Virus record (IMG/VR): IMGVR_UViG_3300023491_000002
Length of the DNA: 64,000 nucleotides
Strand: one strand, 5' to 3'
From: a virus
Under the pieces are notes generated by a model that was not told where the DNA came from, made no database searches, and was given only the letters and a program-made list of their open reading frames with translations. The stretch's first letter is position 1. Every line of letters starts with the position of its first letter. The translations under genes were made by a program, and so were the position numbers. Positions 49,801-58,892 of this stretch are shown here, in pieces.

Positions 49801-52800
49801 TATTCCTATTAGACTTAATTTCAGTGATATTAAAGGTTATAGTGAAGATATTCCTAATAAAGCTGAATGGGCTAGAAAGCAGATTCTTAAATGCTTTAAA
49901 GATGAAAGATTATCTAATGGTGAACATAGTGTTCAAGTAGATGTAGCTTCTAATAGCGTTACAGTTTGGTGTCGTTCTCTTTATAATAATGATTATGGTA
50001 CTTGGACTGATATAAATGGTGAGCCTATATCTGCACAGCGTTCTGAATTAACATCTCATATTCTTGATGCTGTTAAAGATAATCTTTGGTTTAATATGAA
50101 TACATATACTATTGGTAATACCGCTTTACTTGCTTCATTCCCCATAAGTTGGAATGCTAATCTTAAAGCTAGCAATGCTAAAGTTGAAGGTACTAATAGA
50201 TATATTTATTCTGCTCTTATTGAATCTCAGCAAATCATTACTGATTTTGTTACGAATATTTCAATTAAGTCTATTGAAAACTCTAATAACTTCACTAATG
50301 TTAGTTTCCATAATGTACGCAGTGATTATATGATTGACGCTGTTGCTACTATGAGTAAACTTCTTACTGATAAAGGTAATAGTCTTAAAGCTTTTGCTAA
50401 GAGTTATTTTGAAACTACACAAGATAATGTAGGTCTTAAAGATGTTATTACTAAACTTAGTAAATATCTTGCACAAGAAGATCTTAGTAATATGGCGATT
50501 GCGAAAGCTCACGAACATGGTCATACAATAAACATGAAACAAACTCATGCTATGGCTAGATTTATTGAAGCTCTTGCAAATGAAGTTGGTGTTACTGCAT
50601 ACGAAGTAGATAGTAAGATTCAGAATAAAGCTAAAACTATTACTGAACTTGATTCTCTATTTAAAGAAGATCAAAACTATAAACATACAGTTGAAGATTT
50701 TGAAGCTTATGCTAATTATCTTAATCGACAACTTGAAGTTTTAGATTACTATATGTACGTTGATAAAGCTGTAAATGCTATGAAACGTGCACAAGGATGT
50801 CTTATTACTGAAAAGAAAGGTGCTGGTCCTAAGACTTCTGAAAGTAATAAGCTCTTTGAATCTATTGCAATGCTTGAGCATAATGTTAATACTCTTATTC
50901 AGAATGCTAAAGATGCAGGTATTCCTGAAAGTATGCGCAATGAATTACTCTATAAATACTATAGTGTAAATGCAATTACTGATAAAGGTGAAGTCATTGA
51001 TAATTGGTTGCTTAAAGCTAATGATTATCTTCTTGAAAATAAGGATTCTGATGGTAAAGTAATTCAGCTTGATAAACCTAAATCCCCTTTTAGAATTGGT
51101 GATAAATCAATGATTGAAGCTATATTTCCGTCAATTGTTAATACTAATTGGGAAATTGAAGATAGTGCTTATCCTATTCTTCAACAACAATTGTATTCTA
51201 CTAATGAGATCTCTGTTAATATGTTTCATGATCTCTTCATTAGTGAGAATCCTGCTTTCAAAGATAAAATTAATTATTGTATGGCTAAGCTTAAACAGAT
51301 TAATAATCCTGAACTTAGAGAAGCTCTGATTAATTATGCTATTATTGATAAAGTTAGACAAATGCCTTTCTTTAATGATGACAGTAAAAGTCCGGAAACA
51401 CTTCTTGCTGAACGTGCTAAGTTATTAGGATGTGTTAATATTGTTAAAGACGAACAAACTAATGAATTTAAATTCAAAGGTGCTGTTGATTTAGCTCTTA
51501 CTAATGTTAATCTTAAAAATTGGTACAATGAACTTGAAAGTAGAAATTATACTCATGATGAAAAAATAGCTATGTTTAAAGAATTACCTGTTAGTATTCA
51601 ATTAGCTATGGTTAAGAATACACTTACTGATGGTAGATATGTTACTGTAAATGGTCAATATGTTACTAAAGGTAATCTTAGACTTAATCCTAATCATATT
51701 CTTTCATTGCTTTCTCCTAATACTATGGAGAGTACAATTGTAAGAACTGGATATATTTCTATTTCAACTAAGGAAAGTGATGATATTGATTTTACTAGAG
51801 ACACATTCTTTCAGCTTATTAATAGTCCTGATGAATATTGTCGTATTCTTGGTGAGAACTTAGTTAAATATGCATTCTGGGTTAATAAACTTGATTTTGG
51901 TCGTAATCTTTCTAAGTATATTCCTATTGATCTTTATGGTAAATTCAAAACTAAAGATGGTAACTATGTAAGTGCTTATAAGACTTCATGGGGAGATCAA
52001 TTTGATTCTATTAGTTTTGAATCTATCGACGGTACTAGTGACAGAGATATTAGATTAGCTATGAAAGAACAAGGTATTACTGATGGTGGTAGTAACTTCC
52101 GTTCAGAAAATGCTGCTCTTTATAACTATGCTGAAGCTCTTTATGCTAGTCAAGCGAATAAAGATAATATTCTTCTTAGAACTAACGAAGAACTTGATGT
52201 TTTTATCGAAGCTTTTGTTCGTGCTAATTCTGAGAATACTCGTATCGTTAAATATATGAAACCTGAATATGTTTATGATACTAATTGTAAGAAGAGTAAA
52301 GTTAAAGATCAAACTCCAACTTTTACTAAGATTACTAAGAGTAATTTCTCTAGAGCTGTATTTGATCTTAAAGGTGCAGTAGCTAACGAATGGCATAAAG
52401 ATGTTGATCTTGAAACTCGTAAGTATATAGAAGATGCTCTTAATAGTGTTATTAAAAATGCTATTGGTATTAAACATAATGATATTTGGAACATCGTTGG
52501 TCAAATGATCTTTGAACCTACTAGATATGTAAATAATTCTAGTTATGCTGATGATGTATATCTTAAGACTCGTGAAAAGGTAATTGATAAAGAACTTACT
52601 GGTCTTAAAAAGACTTACAAAGCTCAATTACCTGAGGGTATGCTTTATAAACGTTTTGATATTAATGATTGTACGTTCTATTATCCTATTAATAAAACGT
52701 TTAAATCTGAATATCTTACTACAGCTAATGATTATTATAAATATAACATTGAAGCTCAAGAAATATACGAGAAACTTGCTACTATTTTGAGTAAGTTCTA

Positions 52801-55800
52801 TCGTAGATTTAATTCATCTGTTACTAATGTAGAAACTCATAACAGTCTTACATCAGCTATAGACGCTGCTACAAGTAACGCTGATTATACAATTTATATT
52901 GGTAATGAATCTGATACATATAGAGGTCTTATTGATACTTCTGCTATTACTACTATCCCATTGCAGGCAGCTATCAATGACACTTTTGATACCGATACAC
53001 TGCCCTCGGAAATCCAAAATTTGGCACTTGTCGGCAACGGAGAGACGCTTTCTCAATTGAAACGATTAACAATACAAGGACAACTTTTTAAGGGCTTAGA
53101 CAGGCTTATTCAAAGACTAAATCCAGCTAATGTTAGTGCGATTCAAGCTGATGGTATCAATGATATTATAGTTGATTACATTGGTATTAAAAAAGATCTT
53201 AATACTACTGTTCATACTATTAATAGCTCAACTCCTAAGTTCTCTAAAGTCTTAGATACAGAGTTCATAGCTGATGATAATACTGGAATTAGTATGTCAA
53301 ACCTTGAATTTATTAATACTCTTTATGAAGTTGAAAAGACTGCTATCGGTAATACTAAACTTCTTAGAGATGAAATGAATCTCATGGGTGAACTAAATAC
53401 TAATCTTGATAAGCTTGATGCTAAAGCTCAAAGTGAAATTGCTAGACTTAGTAGAGATATGAATAGTCTTCCTAATTATGTTGAAACATTCAAGTATAAT
53501 GCTAATATACTAGAGAATGTTAAAGATATGATTAAAGCTATTCAAATGCCAATGGATACTGATACTATATTTAAGCTTTGGACTAAAGGTACTGTTGCTG
53601 ATCGTAAACAATGGGTTACTGATCTGAATAAACTCAGTAGTCTTATAAAGTCTCAAGCTTATATTGAAGATCTAAATCCTATTGACGAAGCTAGTTTTGA
53701 AAATGCTTCTCAAAATACTAAAGATAGTATTGCAGAATTTAATGAAGCTCTTCTTAATCTTAAAGGTTTATATGCTGAGATTATGCCTCTTAAACGTAAA
53801 GTTGTTGATGCTTCTAAGATTTACTTTGGTTTCTTAATCAATCAAAGAAGTCATAATCCTGCTTTCAATACTAAGTTTAAGTATATTCAAGATAAGCTTG
53901 TTGAAAACGGTTTTAATGCTGATGAAATTGGCGTTTATACTATAAATGAAAGAGATATTCAAGAGAATATTCGTCGTATGCTCGGTGATAATCTTGATTT
54001 ATCTACTGTTATTAAATGGTTAGATTCTGCTGCTCAAAGTGGTATTCCAATCATTGATACAGTTCTTTCTCAATATGAGTTCCATACTCTTAATGCTACT
54101 GAATTTGCTTTCAATAATAATAAGCGTACATTCGCATTATTTAAGAAGTATGATAGATTCTATAAAGAAAAGTCTAATGGTAAACCTGATATGACTTTTT
54201 CTCAATCTCGTTCTAATGACTTTAGAGCTAGATTCATTAATGAAGCTAATTGTCAACTTGTTACACCGTTTGATATGACTAAAGCCAACTATGATTATCA
54301 AATTGGTAAAGCTCGTGAATACGATGATTATATTAAGAGAAGATCTGAGTTAGAACCTCTATTAGAATCTGACGATTTTGCTACAGTTAAGAAAGCCCAA
54401 GATGCTCTTGCTAAACTTGAGAAAGAACATAAGAAAAGAGTTCATGCTGTAGGTAAAACTATATACTCTACTATGAATGTTTCAATACCTGCTAAAATTA
54501 TTAAAGGTAGACTTGAACTTGATCTTGAAGATGTATATAATAATCCTAAGAAGTATTTTTCTAATCTTAGTGCCGAAGAAGCATACTATTATACTAAGCT
54601 AATTGAACGTGTCTATAAATCTAAGATTCGTAAGAAATTTGCTGAAGCTAATAATATTGAACTTAGTGTTAGAGGTCAAACTACTAATCGAGTTCTTCTT
54701 CAAGTTCAAACTGCAAAAGCTGATTATAGAGACGCTAAGTTTAGTAAACTTACTCATTCTGATATTGATATGATAGTTGAAATGCAAGAGATGTTTGCAG
54801 AACTTAATGATGTTGCAATGCCTAACACTGTTAGATCTGCTAGTTTCTTCCCGACTTTCATATCTGCTAATCATGTGAATGCTCTTAAACAACTTGTTGG
54901 TTATCACGAATTACAAGAAGATGATTATAAAAATACACTTAGTGGAGAGACTCAATACTATCTTAAAGCTACTGCACTTAATCGTCCAGAAGTTATAGGT
55001 CGTATTAAGTATGATCTCTACGCTATTACAAATAAAGAAGCTTATGATGCTCTAATTGAAAAAGCTAATAAAATAACTAAACATAGAGGTTATTATAAAC
55101 CTATTACTTCTATTGCAGATATTATCGAATATAATAAAGAGTTATCTGATAAACAATTAGGTGATGTTAGAGATCGTATGAACTTTGACCCTATGAATGT
55201 TACTCTTAATTATATTAATCAGCTTAAACGTATTAAAGTTAATCGTGACTTTGAGCCCGAACTTAATCTTCTGCAAACTATTCTTGCTATGCCTGAGTTC
55301 CAAGCTCGTGAATATGGTGTTAAGAGTAAGAATGTTATTAATAAGATTCTATCTCTTTATACTCATAAAACTGAAGTTGTTTCTCGTAAAGGTAAAGAAA
55401 CAGAAGCTTTTGATAGATTTAAGAAATTCTATGATGCTTTTGAAGGTAAGAATCGTATTAATACATTAACTGATCAACTTCTTAATATACTTCATACAGT
55501 TAATAGTAAATCTCTTATGTGGATGAACTTAACTGCTGCTTTAAAGAATATTGGTACAGGTCATATCAATATTGTAAGCGAAGCAACTGGTGGTGAATTT
55601 ACTACTAAAGCTACACTTCTTAAAGCTCATGAAATGTATATTAAAGCTCTTCCATCATTATGGGCATCACTTGGTGAATATACTTGTAATAATCTTGATG
55701 CAGCTTTAATGAAGTTAGCTGGTAATATTTTTGAAGATCATATTGAAGCTGGAGTAGATACTAAGACTAATATTGTTTCTCTTGGTATGTCTAAATGGGA

Positions 55801-57112
55801 TAATGTGATGTTTGCTCCTAATACTATTGGTGAGCATTATTTGCAATTCGCTACTTTCTTGTCAGCTATGCAAACTCATCGCATTGTTGCAGGTACTATT
55901 ATGAATTATGATCAATTCGTATTCTCACTTAGAGAACGTCTCTTTAGAGATATGGTTGATGATGAAACTTATACTAAGTATAAAGCATATAAAGATAAAC
56001 AAGAATCTGTTAAAGGCAATAACGTTGAATTTATAGATTATCTTTCTCGATTTATTGCTTATCGTGCTAATAACTTTACTAACGAATGGAAATCTAATTA
56101 CGCTAAGGCTTATAAAGAAGGTCTTAAGAATGCTAGAGTTGAGTTTGAAAAGAATCAAGTTATATATGATGCTTTTGAACTTAAAGATGGTATCGCTTCA
56201 ATTAAAGCTGAAAGTAATATAACTCTTGAAGATTTTGCTAAGTTCTTAGGTAAAGTTAAAGGTATTAATCATAGTTTGCATGGTATTTACAATACTTTCG
56301 ATAAATCTATGTTATCTGGTAAGATGTGGGGAGAGGTGATACTTCAATTCCGTAAATGGCTTCGTCCTAACTTTATTCGATATTGGGGTAAACGTGTAGG
56401 TAAAATTGTATTTGATGAACGTCTTGAATCTTATAGAAGTGGTGCTTACATGGATATGATAAATTTTCTATTATCTAATGGCAAAAGTGCTTATAGAGAA
56501 ACTATTGATAAAGCTATAGAAAATGACGAAGATATTGATTTTGCTACTAAAGCTAAAGCTATATTCAATGGGTTCTGCGGTTTATTATATTGGTTCAAAG
56601 ATATAAACTTTAGATATAATACTCTACCTCAAGCTCAAAAGGCTAATATAAAAAGAGCCATGTTTAATTTTACAACTCTTGTTGGTTTATCTCTTGTAGC
56701 TGCTAGTCTATATGCTGCAAAAGATGATGACGATGAACTTGATGAAAATCGATTCTTTGCTCTTGCTTGTTATACTATTTATGGTGTTCAAACTGAACTT
56801 TATGAAACTTCACCTTGGGGTCTTTATTCATTCTATAAACGTACTATGGAGGCACCTATACCTTTTGAAACAAGTATGTCTAATGTTCTTAATCTTGCTT
56901 ATTGGACACTTATTGCTCCAATGATTGTAGATGATGAAGAAATGCTTTATGATAGAGGTACATATAAAGATGAAGATAAACGTTGGATTGCATTTAAGAA
57001 AACTATTCCGTTATTCAATCAATACAACAAGATGTTCTATTTACCAAAGAACAATACATACTATATGCAACAGAACCCAATATTACAGATGATAGTTGAA
57101 CTAAATAAGTAA
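43862..57112 (+). CDS. Giant virion protein of 4416 aa; a candidate virion-packaged RNA polymerase or cargo protein.
   Basis: It is the last gene of the structural block, where crAss-like phages keep their giant RNAP-containing proteins. HLVTRTGWDYDIDSIYLS (nt about 48940-48965) resembles the RdRP-type xSGxDxDGDxxY catalytic context but has Ile in place of Gly. No other recognisable motif. Confidence 0.7.
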   Translation: MGLDCNIIPQIKVGDSYTDSKCFQDLWDRAKKLYPNNPIKARAVAKANYEALKSTSFVSEYGDWVLLRAVQNAGLTDAQFATFQSVYGNNIERLTKSITVPLNEQGEPEIRSFHKYTVAKKAQVLYDNDYPFIADSEQMYLNRIFAAIAFRLEPQFKNLTYKDFKNGVTIRSLIATVLRQYAQNDNPDVGYLGFAAQYNNRLDELEAAGVADEIIDNDPLLISYESKMNNLLRLADQLDNLDDQGIWQSFINYYKAEFMADINDFDVEDYMTMGEINGASMTDEQNINKSWNRSLQFKVDRKNTASSRFKRMLTEMIYNNQSNLFATLEDSQFNGTASYYNKYGLAMPFDINVLWNSLIDATRYAANKEELINSLKVTSESVYNGQLQPIIDQIEIFPNDDASTIERKEIFYNMYMASVDMATTVVTQSETMSYNMSENDYNLAYSVKESNRQSFATTNIYNQYRNILSDKFQHVGSRAAVQYDINAIYKTGKSITDKVNTLLYKSNNVGINWSPNTIFNYLSIKFSVPFDVIKALYHDGNDDNKVNKLVYQKIETELVNIDGVFDKILNQIKANVTDKQSEKAKDRQSRRIKRLFYEGFKAGDEIDSVVDDMRGRINILATVGGCDPAIKVDLSYINVQGEQEYTPEFYNHITSMLQGIVNRIGEVNVELMKYRFNDFLKSKGTKYHPLIWNLGNGMGGDGKGFFNFRKDENDNAILDENGYRILDAVNPVNVEAVKAFQYARFNGMSNRDQGIRTPYVDMHDYIWTRDVILRQFQGRYSLPSADASRIYEFVTGNTLTEPNATKRSLPFKLINTDGTFVNYRIARTNDLESNYLFQRVKDTFRTEMEMMLEARRLLFDYDANTQILSIKKEYLRPEDDVRQEFNFLDSDERSRMISDHNGDAEAAFRAFYESRAFDKDIFEGLQAPIFWDGKALLKNGKPTGNIFKFGNLNFRYTDANGNTTVRSIIDYIEDAFNELHPNAASSFGKFEPFMICGEDFNTAYGDVIDNAYMRMFVDRINSHLQDAFDYLAPVRDNIQSTLTYKNQLKALNETLPEDYKNDRYWGYVVSNLLCNHYVADIAIQEIFTGYTFEFKNALDWAKRASQGVRPGSTTRSNTTYTQIVVSDVNLKDNMLQKMLEPFANDKATSDELNRRFGSKTITTADAFNVITQDECIRRFKAMGDYDSFTLPSGRTLADIVADEDTPISPSDYARIVEQLKYYFYKRGKSTLNNRFNTDIVFSHQDKNSTLVIFKRMYKGTGYETLYDWMKQEGIDSINFESGHKVGGMPKVQLFDISRDIAVDSKGFPILDANGKYTYTNGTKATLNIQYNEATKRLELKGYPKGIEDFKQTLSHSNLYIQQQVPSHLMDEENKIGTQLQKRILDNLVFNGDYTIGGTVRKGKTGDYSYDGSGAFEYYQMLLSANANDEMYRLLADWGAITNDGNIKYTSIETDGGLRNVIGVDLDLVLADLRRYFNETEIDRNFIKATVVVNGKPFIPFYHPTIKSRIESVLLARITRRVTNLKLKGAHVTIQPDTFLQPAAVTLDKKGIIKGTQANIQRMYLEGQIKFSDDYWQSRAELNEDGTIKRDANGTPIIKKNADFKLQSEYWETKADGTKVFHPAEIILNNWDSRFKLDANGNLDLNSVPENLRTMFGIRIPTEGHQSMFVAKVVGVLNNGASQAIVPEHLVTRTGWDYDIDSIYLSMKEFDVIDGQYVEYTKNDSDTYKRQSLEYVSDVYFSKTKDALKNAYLKEKIPLINELADINAKINAQASIDDSVIRRLKQEYKNLQQQRFYSKNVSERNALAKAMELKSAEIEAYNAANMNPAISDAELKALYDTKASIYSKLKKAKSDYDAKYEKFIKETVTPKWNSLNEYRRMPRAAKDNAIIDTWIGIHSDIKNTLNKEKPNEFDHSKAAAAYINRIAGYDNSMMNQHFLIDQIKIRNINNNIAVLKGQSIAADNALSIMGFTQTMLSDEFAIPIRLNFSDIKGYSEDIPNKAEWARKQILKCFKDERLSNGEHSVQVDVASNSVTVWCRSLYNNDYGTWTDINGEPISAQRSELTSHILDAVKDNLWFNMNTYTIGNTALLASFPISWNANLKASNAKVEGTNRYIYSALIESQQIITDFVTNISIKSIENSNNFTNVSFHNVRSDYMIDAVATMSKLLTDKGNSLKAFAKSYFETTQDNVGLKDVITKLSKYLAQEDLSNMAIAKAHEHGHTINMKQTHAMARFIEALANEVGVTAYEVDSKIQNKAKTITELDSLFKEDQNYKHTVEDFEAYANYLNRQLEVLDYYMYVDKAVNAMKRAQGCLITEKKGAGPKTSESNKLFESIAMLEHNVNTLIQNAKDAGIPESMRNELLYKYYSVNAITDKGEVIDNWLLKANDYLLENKDSDGKVIQLDKPKSPFRIGDKSMIEAIFPSIVNTNWEIEDSAYPILQQQLYSTNEISVNMFHDLFISENPAFKDKINYCMAKLKQINNPELREALINYAIIDKVRQMPFFNDDSKSPETLLAERAKLLGCVNIVKDEQTNEFKFKGAVDLALTNVNLKNWYNELESRNYTHDEKIAMFKELPVSIQLAMVKNTLTDGRYVTVNGQYVTKGNLRLNPNHILSLLSPNTMESTIVRTGYISISTKESDDIDFTRDTFFQLINSPDEYCRILGENLVKYAFWVNKLDFGRNLSKYIPIDLYGKFKTKDGNYVSAYKTSWGDQFDSISFESIDGTSDRDIRLAMKEQGITDGGSNFRSENAALYNYAEALYASQANKDNILLRTNEELDVFIEAFVRANSENTRIVKYMKPEYVYDTNCKKSKVKDQTPTFTKITKSNFSRAVFDLKGAVANEWHKDVDLETRKYIEDALNSVIKNAIGIKHNDIWNIVGQMIFEPTRYVNNSSYADDVYLKTREKVIDKELTGLKKTYKAQLPEGMLYKRFDINDCTFYYPINKTFKSEYLTTANDYYKYNIEAQEIYEKLATILSKFYRRFNSSVTNVETHNSLTSAIDAATSNADYTIYIGNESDTYRGLIDTSAITTIPLQAAINDTFDTDTLPSEIQNLALVGNGETLSQLKRLTIQGQLFKGLDRLIQRLNPANVSAIQADGINDIIVDYIGIKKDLNTTVHTINSSTPKFSKVLDTEFIADDNTGISMSNLEFINTLYEVEKTAIGNTKLLRDEMNLMGELNTNLDKLDAKAQSEIARLSRDMNSLPNYVETFKYNANILENVKDMIKAIQMPMDTDTIFKLWTKGTVADRKQWVTDLNKLSSLIKSQAYIEDLNPIDEASFENASQNTKDSIAEFNEALLNLKGLYAEIMPLKRKVVDASKIYFGFLINQRSHNPAFNTKFKYIQDKLVENGFNADEIGVYTINERDIQENIRRMLGDNLDLSTVIKWLDSAAQSGIPIIDTVLSQYEFHTLNATEFAFNNNKRTFALFKKYDRFYKEKSNGKPDMTFSQSRSNDFRARFINEANCQLVTPFDMTKANYDYQIGKAREYDDYIKRRSELEPLLESDDFATVKKAQDALAKLEKEHKKRVHAVGKTIYSTMNVSIPAKIIKGRLELDLEDVYNNPKKYFSNLSAEEAYYYTKLIERVYKSKIRKKFAEANNIELSVRGQTTNRVLLQVQTAKADYRDAKFSKLTHSDIDMIVEMQEMFAELNDVAMPNTVRSASFFPTFISANHVNALKQLVGYHELQEDDYKNTLSGETQYYLKATALNRPEVIGRIKYDLYAITNKEAYDALIEKANKITKHRGYYKPITSIADIIEYNKELSDKQLGDVRDRMNFDPMNVTLNYINQLKRIKVNRDFEPELNLLQTILAMPEFQAREYGVKSKNVINKILSLYTHKTEVVSRKGKETEAFDRFKKFYDAFEGKNRINTLTDQLLNILHTVNSKSLMWMNLTAALKNIGTGHINIVSEATGGEFTTKATLLKAHEMYIKALPSLWASLGEYTCNNLDAALMKLAGNIFEDHIEAGVDTKTNIVSLGMSKWDNVMFAPNTIGEHYLQFATFLSAMQTHRIVAGTIMNYDQFVFSLRERLFRDMVDDETYTKYKAYKDKQESVKGNNVEFIDYLSRFIAYRANNFTNEWKSNYAKAYKEGLKNARVEFEKNQVIYDAFELKDGIASIKAESNITLEDFAKFLGKVKGINHSLHGIYNTFDKSMLSGKMWGEVILQFRKWLRPNFIRYWGKRVGKIVFDERLESYRSGAYMDMINFLLSNGKSAYRETIDKAIENDEDIDFATKAKAIFNGFCGLLYWFKDINFRYNTLPQAQKANIKRAMFNFTTLVGLSLVAASLYAAKDDDDELDENRFFALACYTIYGVQTELYETSPWGLYSFYKRTMEAPIPFETSMSNVLNLAYWTLIAPMIVDDEEMLYDRGTYKDEDKRWIAFKKTIPLFNQYNKMFYLPKNNTYYMQQNPILQMIVELNK

Positions 57113-57137
57113 GGACTTCTGTTGGACTTAAAAAAAT

Positions 57138-57175
57138 GAGAGAGGGCTTTCAGATAATACTGTCAGTCCTCTCTC
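57138..57175. terminator. Hairpin GAGAGAGG-N22-CCTCTCTC, 26 nt after the stop of the 4416-aa gene. It is preceded by an A-run and followed by TTCTTG, so it could work as a bidirectional terminator.
   Basis: Seen in the sequence. On the - strand the hairpin is followed by TTTTTTT. Confidence 0.45.
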
Positions 57176-57220
57176 TTCTTGTATCTATACTACTCATACT
57201 CCTGCTCGTGTCATTGCAAA

Positions 57221-57269
57221 CGCTCCGCCCCGTTCCACATCTATCCCTCTACCGGGGTCTGCAATGCTC
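57221..57269 (-). repeat. GC-rich conserved element, copy D, in reverse orientation, in the convergent intergenic region.
   Basis: Its reverse complement GAGCATTGCAGACCCCGGTAGAGGGATAGATGTGGAACGGGGCGGAGCG aligns with the other copies. Confidence 0.55.
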
Positions 57270-57458
57270 CACAATGCCATTTTTGCCACCTGCGGGCTTC
57301 ATATATTGATTATCTATTGGCAGACGATAACTAGTTCATATTATAAAAGAAAGTGTCTCTATGAGGCTCTATTGAAGTTATCATTATCAAACATTTGCAT
57401 TATTATCACGGCTTATGATAACGATGCAATTTAATTATAATCATAGTAGCATTAGTAA

Positions 57459-57505
57459 CACTTTCCAGACCCCAGTAGGGAACATGGTGTGGTCAGGAGC
57501 GGAAC
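57459..57505 (+). repeat. GC-rich conserved element, copy C, in forward orientation, in the convergent intergenic region.
   Basis: ACACTTTCCAGACCCCAGTAGGGAACATGGTGTGGTCAGGAGCGGAAC. Confidence 0.55.
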
Positions 57506-57538
57506 TAAGCATAGCACTTGTAACAGCACTATGCTTAG
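57506..57538. terminator. Perfect 10-bp hairpin CTAAGCATAG-N13-CTATGCTTAG, immediately 3' of the - strand gene that ends at 57544.
   Basis: Seen in the sequence and directly abutting copy C. Confidence 0.5.
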
Positions 57539-57543
57539 AAGTA

Positions 57544-57888
57544 TTAATAGTATCCCTCACTTTCACCACATTCACTCAGTCCACCAAAGCTAACTTTATT
57601 CACATTAACAATGAAAGGTAGAATCTTCTTAATTTGAGTAGAAGTAACAACAAAACTATTGTTAGTACCCGGATGCCTCATAACATACTTAATACTACCA
57701 ATATAAAGATTAGGAGATAGACGCTTATGCTTTTGCTTTTCAGCAGCGGTCATAGTAGCGAATCTATACACTTTATGCAAAACAGACCAATTACCAGTAA
57801 ATTCTTGAATAAGAGTTCCATTTGCATCACGAGTAATCACATTCCCATCAACTTCAATATAACACGTATGTGTTTTAGTTTCTTCCAT
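57544..57888 (-). CDS. Hypothetical protein, 114 aa.
   Basis: ORF; its start overlaps the upstream gene's stop by 1 nt (57888). Confidence 0.55.
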   Translation of the reverse strand: MEETKTHTCYIEVDGNVITRDANGTLIQEFTGNWSVLHKVYRFATMTAAEKQKHKRLSPNLYIGSIKYVMRHPGTNNSFVVTSTQIKKILPFIVNVNKVSFGGLSECGESEGYY

Positions 57889-58892
57889 TATGCAGCTCTT
57901 AGTGCCGTTAGGGCAAGATCATAAGCCTTTTGATTTAGCTTATAAGCACCTTTTTTAGTAAGAGCTTCAAAGCGATCTTCAGAAGACTTATAATCAACAA
58001 CATTATTCAGATAACAACTCACACCATTATAAAGCCAAAGCACAGTACCACGATGTAACTCTTGACCAACACCATTCTCGATAGTATCAAGAACAGCTTT
58101 GACTTTATTTTGAGTCTTAGTAGAAATAATATCCTTATCAGCAGCAAAGATATTAGTTCTAAGCTTCATGTGCTCTTGTTGTTCATCATTAAGAAACAGA
58201 TTATACACAAAGCCAGTCATATTATTAGATTTAATATTAATGGCTTTAAGAGCTTGCATAGATTCTTGCATAGCTTCATGATAGATATGCGTAGCACGAA
58301 TACTATTCACAGCACTCATAATAGCGTTGTGAACATTCTTTGTATGTTTAAAAGAAAACTGTTGTGTTGCATTTTTAATAGCTTGATTAAGTATATTATT
58401 ACAAATAATACGAATATTTGTAACAGCACACGTGATTAATCCAGAACCATCATGACTATTGGTAAATAAGAGATACTTATCAATAAGATCTTTATTATCA
58501 ATAGTGATAACATCAGGGAATTTTGCAGTTACAAGCATACTTGCGCCATTCTTATAGCAACCAGCAGTTTCAATACGAACACTCTTATCGTAATCACATA
58601 TTTGATTAATAAAATCAAGAGCTACAGAGTTCTGTACAACTTCGTACTTAGAGCCAACAGCACCAAATACATGATTTGTATCTTCTCTATAAGTAGCAAA
58701 ACTGTTAGGAACTTTATATAACAGAAAGCTACCTGGATTAGCAGGATCTTCAAGACGAACACGAGTCTCTTTAATACCTACTTTATAATCAAGATTTGCT
58801 TCTTTAATAGCATCCTCCATACTCAAATCATTGATAGGTTTACCCATTTCATTAAATACGAGAGGACGTCTTTGATAATTTACAAAAGGCAT
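57888..58892 (-). CDS. Hypothetical protein of 334 aa. It is possibly of the DUF932 / phage-plasmid-like family that accompanies Gp157 in recombination modules.
   Basis: Only its size and context next to a Gp157-like gene. No Walker motifs. Confidence 0.3.
   Translation of the reverse strand: MPFVNYQRRPLVFNEMGKPINDLSMEDAIKEANLDYKVGIKETRVRLEDPANPGSFLLYKVPNSFATYREDTNHVFGAVGSKYEVVQNSVALDFINQICDYDKSVRIETAGCYKNGASMLVTAKFPDVITIDNKDLIDKYLLFTNSHDGSGLITCAVTNIRIICNNILNQAIKNATQQFSFKHTKNVHNAIMSAVNSIRATHIYHEAMQESMQALKAINIKSNNMTGFVYNLFLNDEQQEHMKLRTNIFAADKDIISTKTQNKVKAVLDTIENGVGQELHRGTVLWLYNGVSCYLNNVVDYKSSEDRFEALTKKGAYKLNQKAYDLALTALRAA

Noticed and set aside
52560-52580. YADD (RT-like) tetrapeptide inside the 4416-aa protein (…NSSYADDVYLK…)
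   Set aside because: An isolated tetrapeptide without the surrounding RT motifs (no QG, no hh-R-Y-ADD context, no thumb region). It is expected by chance in a 4416-aa protein.
43862-57112. Alternative genetic code (TAG or TGA reassignment) as seen in some crAss-like lineages
   Set aside because: All giant ORFs are uninterrupted in the standard code, so there is no evidence for recoding in this window.
18636-57505. A CRISPR array explanation for the repeated GC-rich element
   Set aside because: The copies are tens of kilobases apart, occur in both orientations, and have no regular repeat-spacer periodicity.
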